A stretch of 63,350 nt of DNA, filler included, from Hyphochytrium catenoides (lineage: Eukaryota > Protista > Hyphochytriomycota): assembly GCA_900088475.1 (NCBI GenBank). It is 8 parts of 8 records of this genome, joined end to end, with 100 filler letters (N's around TTAATTAATTAA, not from the genome) between each part and the next. Parts side by side here need not be neighbours in the genome. Positions count along the whole stretch, not along the records: positions 37,681 to 39,291 come from FLMG01001280.1; positions 39,392 to 42,903 come from FLMG01004248.1; positions 43,004 to 44,476 come from FLMG01004556.1; positions 44,577 to 46,446 come from FLMG01001358.1; positions 46,547 to 50,604 come from FLMG01000247.1; 3 more parts are not named here. One strand, given 5' to 3'. Below the pieces are notes generated by a model. It ran no database searches, was not told the origin of the DNA, and was given only the letters and a program-made list of their open reading frames with translations. This document shows positions 37,681 through 49,071 of this stretch, one piece after another (positions within the stretch are counted from its first letter, which is position 1; each line of letters begins with the position of its first letter). The position numbers were made by a program, and so were the translations under genes.

Positions 37681-38500
37681 GAGAAGTAGAGAAGAGGAGG
37701 AGGAATAGAAGAGAGAAAGAAGATTAAGAGGAAAGAAGAGGAAACATGATGATGAAGAACAGAAGAAGAATGGTAAAGGAGAAAGAATAAAAAGGAAGAA
37801 GTAGAAGAATAGAAGAGAGAAGAGAAGAAGGAAACTAGAGAACGAGAAGAAGGAAAAGAAGAAGAGAAAGAAGAAGGAAGGAAAGAAGGGAAAAGAACAG
37901 GGAACATGATGAAGAACAGAAGATGAATGGTAAAGGAGAAAGAAGAAGGACGAGGTAGAAGAAGAGAAGAGGGAAGAGAAGAAGGAAACTAGAGAACGAG
38001 AAGAAGGAAAAGAAGAAGAGAAAGAAGAAGAAGAGAAAGAAGGGAAAAGAAGAGGAAACATGATGAGGAAGAACAGAAGATGAATGGTAAAAGAAAAAGA
38101 ATAAAAGGAAGAAGAAGAAGAAGAGAAGAGAAGAAGGAAACTAGGGAACGAGAAGAAGGAAAAGAAGAAGAGAAAGAAGAAGAAGGGAAAGAAGAGAAGA
38201 GAAGAGGGAACATGATGAAGAACAGAAGAAGAATGGGAAAGGCGTAATAAGAAGAAGGAAGAAGAAGAAGCGAAGACTAAAAAAAGCGAAGAAGAAGAGA
38301 AGGGGAAGAAGAAGGGAAAAGAAAGAAGAGGAAAAATCGATAAGAGAGGAAGAAGAGTGGTGAAGACGAAAAGGAGAAAGAGAAAGAAGAAGAAGAGAAG
38401 AAGGAAGAAGACGATGCAAAAGAGGACGATGAAGAATAAGAAGTAGAAGAATGGAAGGTGAAGAAGAAGAAAAGAAGTAGAAGAAGAAGAAGAGGAGAAG
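37681..38500. repeat. GAA-rich minisatellite, ~153-bp unit, about 4 degenerate copies
   Basis: Anchor GAAACTAG at 37831, 37985 and 38137. Anchor AACATGATGA at ~37743, 37903, 38057 and 38209. The + strand is almost purely purine. Confidence 0.85.
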
Positions 38501-41500
38501 AAGGCGCGCTTGAGGCCTGCTCAGGCTTAATCAGACGCTACTACTGGACAGAGAAAGAGCAAGAAGGAGGAGGAGCTATAAACAATCTAGGAATTTCTAG
38601 TAAAAGGAAAGACGAGACGAGGCAGTGCCTCTAGATAGACATCACCGCGTCGCGCCCGCAGATTGTTAGCCCATTACACGGCCAAAGAGACAGCGGCTCC
38701 TCTCCTCTCTCTTCTCTCCCGCCTGGAAGATGAACAGGAGATGCTACTGGGCAGCGTGGTCTCTCTATCGTCGAACAAGACAGCGCTCCGCGTCACTTCT
38801 CCCTTATAGATCTGCTGTTGATGATGATGATGAAGCTACCACCAGCAGCGAGGAAGAAAGAGTGAACGGTGCCAGGTATCCGCTGACCTTAGACAAAAAT
38901 AATGAGGAAATAGAAGAGCAAGGAGAGTGAATGAGAATGGATTGCCAAGTGAAGGAGAAGAGTAATAGAGAGCAAGACTTCATGCACAGAGGAGACGAGA
39001 GAGTTGCCCTCTCAGAAGAGGGACCAAGACACGGAAGAGCACGACGAGCGGACAGAGAGGGACGGCCGTCATCGCAGAAGAAAAGGAAAGAGCAGGAGCA
39101 CGCGGCGGGCGGCGGGCAAGAAAAGAAGAACAAGCTTCCCAAGCATCCGAGAGAAAGAGAGAGTCTAAACCTTAGCAGTAGGAGGAAGGAGCTGAGTCAA
39201 AAACGGAAAGAAGAAAAGTGGAAGAAAAGGACTCATAGCAGGCACTCCAAGATTTATTAGGCACATCAGCCGGCACCTCATCTGCCTGCTCNNNNNNNNN
39301 NNNNNNNNNNNNNNNNNNNNNNNNNNNNNNNNNNNTTAATTAATTAANNNNNNNNNNNNNNNNNNNNNNNNNNNNNNNNNNNNNNNNNNNNCTCCTTGGT
39401 AGGACAGCACTATGTGATCTCCTTCTTATCTGGCTTCGTCTCTTCTTTCCTTCCTCCGACGTAGCACTAAACGAAGAGCAGTGAGAGTCAACGGTCAATG
39501 TCACTGAGGAGACAGGCGGCCTCCTCAGCGAGAGACTACAAGTAGTTTCTCAAGACAAAAGCTTCAGATCTTGGAATCTCCAAAATTGATGCAAAATTCT
39601 CTCCAATCTGTCAACTACGAGTGCAAAAAAGCAGTCAAAAGTGAGGTGTGTAACCTGGATTGCATGTTTTCCGAGATGCAAATCTGGAATCTGAGCACTG
39701 CTGTACTGCTGTGCCGCTGTGCCCTTACTAAACGTCACTCGCTGAGTTATCATTGTCAGACTGGAGATGAGGTTACCGTAATGGTATCAGTTATTAGTTA
39801 TTTCACATCGGACAGCCCCTTATTACTCCCTTACTTGTAGAAAAACTCAGCAGCAGCAGCCACTTCGCTCCTCTTGTCGCACAATAGCAGAAGGGGCAGT
39901 CAGTTTGATCCATGAACCACGAGACAATTAGAACAAGGTTCATGAGGGAGGAGTTGATGGCCGATTTTCTTCTTTCTCTGCCGAGAGAAGGCGTCGTCGT
40001 AATGAAAAAATATTCCAATCAACACCAACACGAGGATCGGGATTAGTTAGTAAGCCATGTTACCCTTATCAAGGAAGAAACGGTAGCGTAAACGTCTGTT
40101 TATCACCATCATGCTGTTTCCATCTAGCTCAACCAAGACGGGGAAGTACTAGTAGGTGGTAATAGTAGTGGATTATACTGCCAACACCATTGCCAGTTCG
40201 TTACTACTCTTTAGGATGACAAAGACAGGCAGTCGCTTGCTTTCTGCTGCTGGTACATCCAGTACCTCGTTCGCTCTTCTATTATCTAGCGAGGCCTTGA
40301 CCATGTCCGATCCTTGGCTCTCTAGTAAGGTTAGTCCTTAGCTTGCATTTTATTTTATTGTATTTCATCGCTATCTTCCGCCAGCGCTATAGGCCATCCG
40401 GTAAGCGAGTGTGATGCTCATCTTGTTTGGTGATTGCTCTTCTTGGAGGATTGAGAAGAGGAGAAAGATCGACACGCTGCACCTCAACAACAAAAAAAAG
40501 GGAAGCACGACCACCACTACACAGAATAGGATACTTGGCGGCCAATAGAAGAGGGGACAATGGACAAGTTAAATCTCATACCATTGTTGGGCCACACGAG
40601 GACACTACTCAATGAGCTGTATGCTCGATGCCAGAGGAACTTCATCGTGATTCTATCAGTCAAAGCAACATCATCAGCAAATCGAGGGACTGTGTTGCTG
40701 CTGTTCTTCATAGAACTATATAAAGTTATAAACATCAAAGAGCCCAACCAGGAGTGACATTCATTCGTGGCACCATCATTCCAATCTGGGTGACGAGGAG
40801 TGATGGTCGGCCGATTGTTCCCCTTCCACGCTGTTCTGCTCCTGTGCTTGTATGTTGATGTCTGTTCTAGATTCCTTTGCTCCTATTGGTGGAGAGTTCT
40901 ACAACACAACACTGTCATTGGCTGTGCAGTTTAGTCAAGGTTGGACGATTTAGGATCAAGCCCACCTAACCTATTAAACAAAGGCATAGGATGACTGCAT
41001 CGCCTAGGTAAAGTTGCCCACATTCGGGAAATCATGTCTTCCGTCGGACCTAAACCTTTCCCTAAACCTAAATATAAGTACTACGAGTACGCCAGTCAAA
41101 GTAGGATTCCGTAATAAGTAGTAGTTCCGAGATCTAGAACTACTGTACAGACTTGCGGTGAGTTCTGTTCCATTCTACTGCAAGGGTGTGGACGGAAGTT
41201 CTATCGTATGTCTCATACCTAGAAGGCATAACTTGCACTCCTTTTGGGTGTGTCAAGCTCGCCGACTGTGTGCACAGAGACTCAGCAGTTCAGTGTAACA
41301 GCCATTATTAGGGACTGCACATCTGGCTCATGCGCTTTAAAAGAACTATAGGCAGAAAGATCTTCAAGCAGGCCATTCTGATCTTCAAGCAGGCCATTCT
41401 TGCTTTTGCAGCTTCCCGAGCAAACTGTCGAAGGTCCCACATAAGCACTTCAGCCAAGACCTTTCCCAACAAGTATAAAAGCGTATATCAGGTCTACGAA

Positions 41501-43003
41501 CATCATACAGGCAGTCTTTTTCTGCGGACTCCCAGTACGGCATTGCAATATACTGGTAGCCATGCTAGGCCAACCCATTAAGCGGGACACGGCGTTGCTG
41601 GAAGAAGATTCTGGTGTGCCCACTTCAGATGGACAGCAAGGCGATTTCCAGGGATGGTGGTCAAAGCTCTGGTCTCCAGTCAGCTCAAAATCAGTAAGCT
41701 CAAAACCTGAAGGGATAAGGAGAGTCGCCCAAGACTCAGGCGAGGAGCCAACCCTCTCTGACTCAAGCTTATGCGGGTCCACGAGCACGACTATCAGAAC
41801 ACCCAAGCGCGTTCGGGGTCTGACATCCCGACAGCTCGCCACTGTATGGCTTCCTTACAATTAGACACCCTTCCTATCTCAGCAACATGATGTTGCTGCA
41901 GTGCGAAGAATTATGCACGAGGCTGGACTACTGCTGGTATTGCTAGCTGAGGAATGCTGCTCGTACATATCAAAAGACAAGCTATCCACAAGCTGTCCTC
42001 CTCCTTGGGGGTTGGAGAGACAATATTTTAGTGGACTCCGCATTCAACGCGATTTGATGTACATAGGTAGAACCGTTTAGGCCCCAGACCGGGCCCACAT
42101 GGCGATGGCACGTGGGGTAAAATGAAGAGTGGCATACTTCTGGACGCCAGTCGGAGTGTCAGCCTCCATATGCCTTATATTGACATCAGTGGTCCTCGTC
42201 TCTGAGGGCCCTTATCTTTGTATAAATAGTTATATATATATAGTAATTAGAGTATCAGCTAAAAGCAAGATATTTAACCTCAATGTCTCGTGGTGGTGCC
42301 ACCACGGGTCGATCAAGTCACTCTCCATATCTTATTGCAGGTCTTCACTATGGACTGCAGAGCACTTTCTATAATGTTTGTTCCTCCTTCCACCATCACC
42401 AGTGTGCGATATGCAGACCACCAGATGTCTGCCATAAATCCACCATGGCCTTTATAAAGAAGGAAAATGAGAGAACACATCGACAGGTGGGCATGATAGT
42501 TCTAGTGCCCGTAGTAATGACTATGAAATAAGCATTGCGATAGGTTACTTCTAGGCGGATCCAAGGCCTCCAAGACTTCAGACAACAGTGAAGGATGACT
42601 ACAACCTTTAGTTATCACAGGAAAGTTATCATCAACTTGCATAACAGAGAATAATCTGCATCAGCTCTGAAGAAGCAACAAGGAGCACGACGGAAGTAGT
42701 GCGTTACATCCTGTTCTTCAATCTTCAGAGACTCGTCTGAAGATCAATTCAGAGACTCGCCAAGAGAAGGTGCTTGCAAGTTGACTCTAAGGCTAGGAGT
42801 GTACGCAATGGAGGGAGTTTGATTCTGAATATAGGCACAAGTTGGGAGTCGTAGGGGCCAAAGCCAAGCAATAAGGACCATGGCATGTGGATTCACTCCA
42901 GAGNNNNNNNNNNNNNNNNNNNNNNNNNNNNNNNNNNNNNNNNNNNNTTAATTAATTAANNNNNNNNNNNNNNNNNNNNNNNNNNNNNNNNNNNNNNNNN
43001 NNN

Positions 43004-44476
43004 AAGGGTCATTGCATACTGGTCAAAGACACATAAAAGCAAAGTCCGCAGCCACTATTTTGAGATAAAAGCTCTCGTAGAGGCAGTCAAACACTTCAAA
43101 TATTACCTGCTTGGAACCTCAATATTCCATGTAGTAGGTGACCACAAGCCACTAACAGCCTTAATGCGCAAAGAAGCTGAAGGTGTCAAAGAAGAATGGA
43201 AAAATTATCTCCAAAGCTATAACTTCACCTATAATTATAGGCCAGGCACGGAGATTCCATCAGACTACCTCAGTAGGCCATCTCAGTCGCAAATAACCTC
43301 AGACAACGATGAGCCACTCCCACAACTAAAGACCCACAAAGGACAACCTTTGATAAAATATCATAGCTGCAAAAGATTACAGCCTGACAACATAATAGCC
43401 ACCATCATAGCAAACAAAGACCTACCTCCACAAATGACAGAAGTCTACGCTATTGATACTCTCACGGATAGTCTGGCTGTCGAGCAGGCTACCGATAACG
43501 CTATTACAAGCGTCATCAACAAACTCCGGCAGACAATCCCGGAACCAAAAGAAATGCAATATGACACAATTACCATGAGAAATGGTAGAATAAGAAAAGT
43601 GCAGAAGAAAGAAATTCTGCAGCACAACCAATATCGCGAAGAGTTAATACGCATCCATCGCGACTATGAACTCAGAAAAGACAGTGAACTGTGGAGAAAA
43701 CCTCCCATCAACGCTAACAAACGTATAGCACCACACCTCAGAACAATAGAGGCAGTTCCTGTCATACCAGACAAATGGGTACCTAAATTCATAGAAAGAG
43801 CACACGTGGACCTACTGTGTCACCGTAATGCCAAAAGCACAGTGGCATTCCTCCGCCAACAAACCTATTGGTTGGGAGAACCCATGCTAAAGACGGTCAA
43901 AAAGTGGATCAAGAAATGCAAAATATGCGAACTCCACCCCTTCACAAATAAGATGATCACTGAACAATACGCAATGATCCCCTTACGAAGAAACCATATA
44001 CTGAACATTGACCATATAGACAAGCTCCCCAAAACCAAAAGAGGGAACACATGTGCGACCATATTGCACGACCCATTTGACGATTTTGCAAAAATAGTAC
44101 CTGCAAAAAGCAAGAGTGCCCCAGAAACAGCGTTCCTAATATGGGACCAATGGCTCACTGACCCGATCGGTGGCTTCCCTGAGATACTGCAACNNNNNNN
44201 NNNNNNNNNNNNNNNNNNNNNNNNNNNNNNNNNNNNNNNNNNNNNNNNNNNNNNNNNNNNNTATTCATGCGCACTCTAATGCATCCCCGCTTACCGGAGA
44301 TAATCCCATACTCCGAGCGTACACCAGAAAAGATGTACACAAAGCCAAAACAATACGTCGATGCCATGACAAAAGTGTTCAACGAAGTCATCAAGAACTC
44401 CATCACGTATAGGCAACATCTAGCAGACCAAAAGCGCCGGCTGCTACTAAAACCCCGCCTACCTCAAGTGCACGAG
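43004..44476 (+). mobile_element. Ty3/Gypsy LTR retrotransposon pol fragment (RNase H + integrase)
   Basis: Open frame from 43005. RNase H: VIAYWSK...EIKALVEAVKHFKYYLLG...GDHKPL...YRPG...DYLSR. HHCC zinc finger: HVDLLCH...YW...CKICE. rve core start: LNIDHIDKLPKTKRGN. RH-then-IN order indicates Gypsy. The fragment fills the whole contig. Confidence 0.93.
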
Positions 44477-45109
44477 NNNNNNNNNNNNNNNNNNNNNNNN
44501 NNNNNNNNNNNNNNNNNNNNTTAATTAATTAANNNNNNNNNNNNNNNNNNNNNNNNNNNNNNNNNNNNNNNNNNNNAGCGAACATAATGCACAGGCGGCG
44601 CTGCTCGCGCGCTAGATGGAAAGAGAATGTGGAACTTAGAGCATTATCACTTCCAAAAAGAGAGCGACAGGAGAAAAGGCAGCAAAAGTACTAGACGAGA
44701 TATAATTGGAGAGAGAGAGAGAGAGAGAGGCAAGAGCAGGGACAAGCAGAGGGTTGCCAGAGGAATGAAGACCAAGCAAACCCGACAGAAAGTGAAGGAA
44801 TCGTGCCGAAGACATACAACGAGCACAGCCAAATCGGGGGAGAGATAGAACAGCGCAAGAATCTCAACAGCTTCAGCAGACAACACGATAGCATTGGGAC
44901 AAGGTCTAAGATAAGAATAGTTGCAAGCTTCTCGAGCCAGACAAAGCGAGAGAACCAGATGAGACCACCGTTGAAGGCAAAGATGAGACCACCGTTGAAG
45001 GCAGAACCCGGAAAGCAGGAGGTAGGAGAGAAAACTTGCACCACCACCAGAAAGTGAGAGACGACTAACACTCCGGCTACACCCAGATCTAGGAGCGGGA
45101 AGAAAGAGC

Positions 45110-46446
45110 AGTGAAGGAGAAAGAGTGAAGGGCGAGATGTAGACCTACTTCTGAAAGTTATCTGCTGCGCTTCTGCGGCTCTGAGCACCTCCTTCGCCTC
45201 TTTTGGCCGACGCATCAGAAGAAGATGATGGGCAGCAAGGAAAGCGTTCGAGGCGTTTGACGGGTAGCGCAAGAAGAGAGAGCGGAGGGTAGCAGGATCG
45301 CGAGCGACGATGGCTGCGCACAGAAGAGAAGGAAGTGACTTTTTGAACGGCAGACCCTCGTGATGCCGCAGCAGGAACTTGGCCCAGTCGCGGATCTGCT
45401 TGTTTTTTGCTTTGCTTTCCCTTCCTGCAGCTGTCTTTGCCTCATCTGTCTCTCCTGCCGCCTTGCCTCCGTCTTCCGCTCTCTCTATTCTAGTGAATGG
45501 CTCTGTCTGATAAGATTCGTCGGTGAGGAGATACTGGACCAGTTTCTCTTCCCAGAGCGCGTCCAAGGGGACCTTGAGGGCTGATAAAAGAGGAGGAGTG
45601 CCAGAGAGACCGCTTTCCTCAATGACCTAGAGGCGAGAAGGCAGGTGTCAGGACAGAGCTCCAAAGAGAGAGACAAAGAGAGAGACCGAGAAAATGAAAC
45701 GGAGCGAGAGAAGAAGAGAGCAACAGAAAGAGAGGTAGAGAAGTAACAGAGCAAACAGAAAGAGAGAGAGAGAGTAAGACAGAGAAAAGATTAAAGAGAA
45801 GGCCCTGGTCCTTATAATGAGCTACGTTGATGAAGTTAGAGCAGAATATGAGAGAGAGAGAGAGAGACGGTGTGCATGTGGTCAGATATTCTTTACTTTC
45901 TCCGCCTCTCGGATGTCTCCAGTCCTAAGGTAATAGAGGAGTAACTGGCTCGTAGTGTGGCCCCGCAACGGGTAGCTCCGAAGCTCTTCCACAACTTGGG
46001 GAATCTGGGGGAGAGATCAAGCGAGAGAAGTAAACAATCGGTGCATCAAGGATAAACAGTGAAGAAAGAAGGTGGTAGAGGTCGAAACGGGGCAAACGCG
46101 CCGATGAGAAGGAATTTGAAAGCTGTGGCACCCCCAGAGTCTCTCTTGCGCTGGAGAGCGTAGCCGACAGCAGAAATCAGAACCATGCGCTTGATGAGAA
46201 ACATGAAGAAGAGAGAGATGGCCTAGCAGCAAGCAGATAATGGAAGGCCCCAATATTGCTTCTCTCCATCCCTCTTTCTCTCTCTGGCTACCTTACCTTA
46301 TGCACTTCTTCAGCTCCATTGTAGGCTCTAAGAGTGTAATAGAGCTGTAGCGGCTTGCTGAGCTTCATCTGCTCGTCTTTCTCTAGTAAGAAATTGACAT
46401 ACTCTACCAGCGGGACGAGCCCTAACTGGCTGCCCACTGCCAAGAT
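45110..46446 (-). CDS. Partial multi-exon hypothetical helical-repeat (PPR/TPR-like) protein
   Basis: Exon-like segments KLSKPLQLYYTLRAYNGAEEVHK|gt, QLLLYYLRTGDIREAE and DALWEEKLVQYLL...RDWAKFLLRHH...AAHHLLLMRRPKEAKEVL. The 5' end is lost at the gap and boundaries are approximate. Confidence 0.45.
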
Positions 46447-46689
46447 NNNNNNNNNNNNNNNNNNNNNNNNNNNNNNNNNNNNNNNNNNNNTTAATTAATT
46501 AANNNNNNNNNNNNNNNNNNNNNNNNNNNNNNNNNNNNNNNNNNNNTCAGAATCCATCATCCAAATATCAAATACATACTTGTACTTTGGACGATATGGA
46601 GACCTCAGCGCTATTTATTTGGAATATTGGCGCTATTGTGTGGTTAGCATAGTCTCTTGTCCACCAAGAATGGTTTGTTCGCAGGGTTA

Positions 46690-47430
46690 GGATCTTCACC
46701 GGAAGCCACGGACAAGCTCTTCCTGGGCAAAGCTATACGTAACGTCGATTGCTTTGTCTTACCAACCAGCTAACGATTGCCATTTTGGGTTCTATAGAGA
46801 TGGGAATCCTACAGAAAACGGGTTGATAGCCCTCACTGGCTTCCACCTCGCTAGCTTCAAGCTTCTTCTTTGAGCGCTTTGAGCCTACTATATATGAAGC
46901 AACCTCAGTCGTTAAGAAAGGAGCAACCACTACATGATGCAACGCTAGAGTCCTGGACGGGAGCGGCATGTTTGGGACTAACGTTAGCATGGGCTAACAT
47001 CATCCATGAGCATCTTTCCCACATCTTTGCTGCTCTACAGAGCACAGTGTCAGTATCCGTGAGGCAAGGAATGGCGATTTTGGAAGAAATACTCCCGGAT
47101 ATAGAAGAGGCAAGGTGGGGTTGGCCACAATCTCCTGCCGAGTTTGCTCAGCTGTCTGAGTACTTCAGAGAAAGGGAGAAGCTGCTCAATCGCACCTGGG
47201 GCTTTGTAGACGGACTCAACTGTCGAATCCAGCAGCCTGGTGACCCTGACGAGCAAAATGCTTATTATAACGGATGGTTGTGTGACACCTACTGCTCGTC
47301 AATCTTCGTCTTTGCGGCAGATGGAACTATAGCTTTTGCAGGAATGAACTACCCAGGATCATGGCATGATGCTATTATTGCGCTCTATAGTGGCCTTTGG
47401 GATAAACTTGCAACAGTGCATGGTGTCATT
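46690..47430 (+). mobile_element. PIF/Harbinger-type DDE transposase remnant (DDE_Tnp_4-like), truncated
   Basis: WPQSPAEF...WGFVDGLNCRIQQPGDPDEQNAYYNGW...SIFVFAADGTIAFAGMNYPGSWHDA (first catalytic D in VDG; PGSWHD motif). The upstream part is frameshifted or stopped, and the downstream catalytic residues are missing. Confidence 0.88.
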
Positions 47431-49071
47431 AATATCATTCCTGCAAAAGCTATAGTTCCATCCGCGGCAAAGATGGGGTTACTGCCTGGCCGTCGTCTGT
47501 TGTCCAGCATCCCGAGCTCAATCACCGTCGACCATTCGTAGAAAGCTCTTCGCGTGCTTTACGCCGTTCTGGGGATTGGTAAGAACTTCTCTTCCCTTGC
47601 AGCTTTCCTCAGAATTGGAAGGAGCAGCCTTGTCTTTCCCTGACTGAGGGTCAAGATCAATGTTTAACTCCAGCTTTCTTCTGATAAATAGCTATGTCTC
47701 AAAGTGCAGCAGACCTTTGAAACGACTTTGCTCTTCCTTGTGAGGTAGAGTTTGAAGTCTCGATAATCGTCGTCGCTGATAACTGGAGGAGCGACAATTA
47801 TGAGGACCAACCAAGACCTCTTTCCTTGTTCGACCACTGCAACTATTTGCGGGCTGCTAGTCTTCTCTCTCCGGTATGATGATTGAATTGGGGTGGCCAG
47901 AGTATACGCCTCCTGCCAACTCCAGGATGTCTCTCATCATGTGCTGGATATCTTCAATGAGATGCGGTGAAGCTGAAGAAGAAGCATAAGTCAATATATT
48001 TTATTGAGGACATTCAGCACGCGATGGAAGACATGCTTAAGTTGGCAGGCGACATCTATTGTGTACACCACCAGAGTCTGATCACGGCTGACTGTAGGAA
48101 CCAGTTCAGTCAGGTATATGTAAACATAAGGCGGTTCACATGCTGGTGGTAGCTCTCTCAGGCATAAGGCGGTTCACATGCTGTGGTAGCTCTCTGTTAG
48201 GTCGTGATAGGGATATATGGGGCAGCGGTCATTATATCCATGGTCACTATGTCGAGAAATGTTAGAATATCAGAGTGCAGTGTCACTTCAGAGTGCCTCT
48301 TCCTTGAGTGCTACTCCTCATGGTCAGAAGGGTAGAATGGCAACCGTGGGCGGTCAGATAGACATGGACATATGCTTTGGGCATTATTTATCAGATTGGT
48401 ACACTCTTTCTGTACTGTTACATTAGAGAGCCTCTGGTCGTTACGATGGCCCACATATCTCTACGTGGAGGACCTCGATGGATTGTATCCTTGCAGAGAG
48501 CTGTTCAGGTGGAGGAAGTCGCCTTCACACAAAAGCCAGGATCTAATGGTACTTCGGCCTCTCTGCTTCCGCTTCGGAGATCTGGGATCTCAGCTCGACA
48601 GCACTTCGGCAGGTGCGCAGGCGCCTCTGCTCGAGCATAATTGTGCGCACCTTGCTTCCTTTTTTCCTGCTATGGCGCACAATTCTTTGACAGTGTTATC
48701 TTGTGTTTGCTATTGAGAATCACATGACTACTGGGCTTTGTCTGTCCAAAGGTACAAACCCAAGCCATAAAAAATCGTGCGTTCACAAATGTCAATGCTA
48801 AAACCCAGACAGAGTACCTTGATACCCTTCCTCCTGCAGATGGCGCACCTTGTTTTCACATTTTTTCCGTTACTACTGGGGTTTGTTGCACAAACACAGG
48901 AACAGAAAAGAATGTGCGCTCTCAGCATCATCAAGACCTCCTCCGTTTATTCCATCTTCTTCTCCCAATCAAGCTCGTTCAGTGCCGCCTGCCACTGCTC
49001 CTCCTGCAGGGCCTTTCCCATAATGTCCTTTCCTTCATCCCCAGTGCCCTGACTGCAAGATCGCCCGGAAG

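Noticed and set aside
37681-38500. Regularly spaced repeats as a CRISPR array
   Set aside because: Spacers are not unique, sequence is low complexity, there are no cas genes, and the context is eukaryotic.
40960-41075. CCTAAAC/CCTAACC telomere-like motifs (also ~25415 and 25546)
   Set aside because: Only two or three imperfect copies with inconsistent orientation. Insufficient for a telomere or a defined repeat element.
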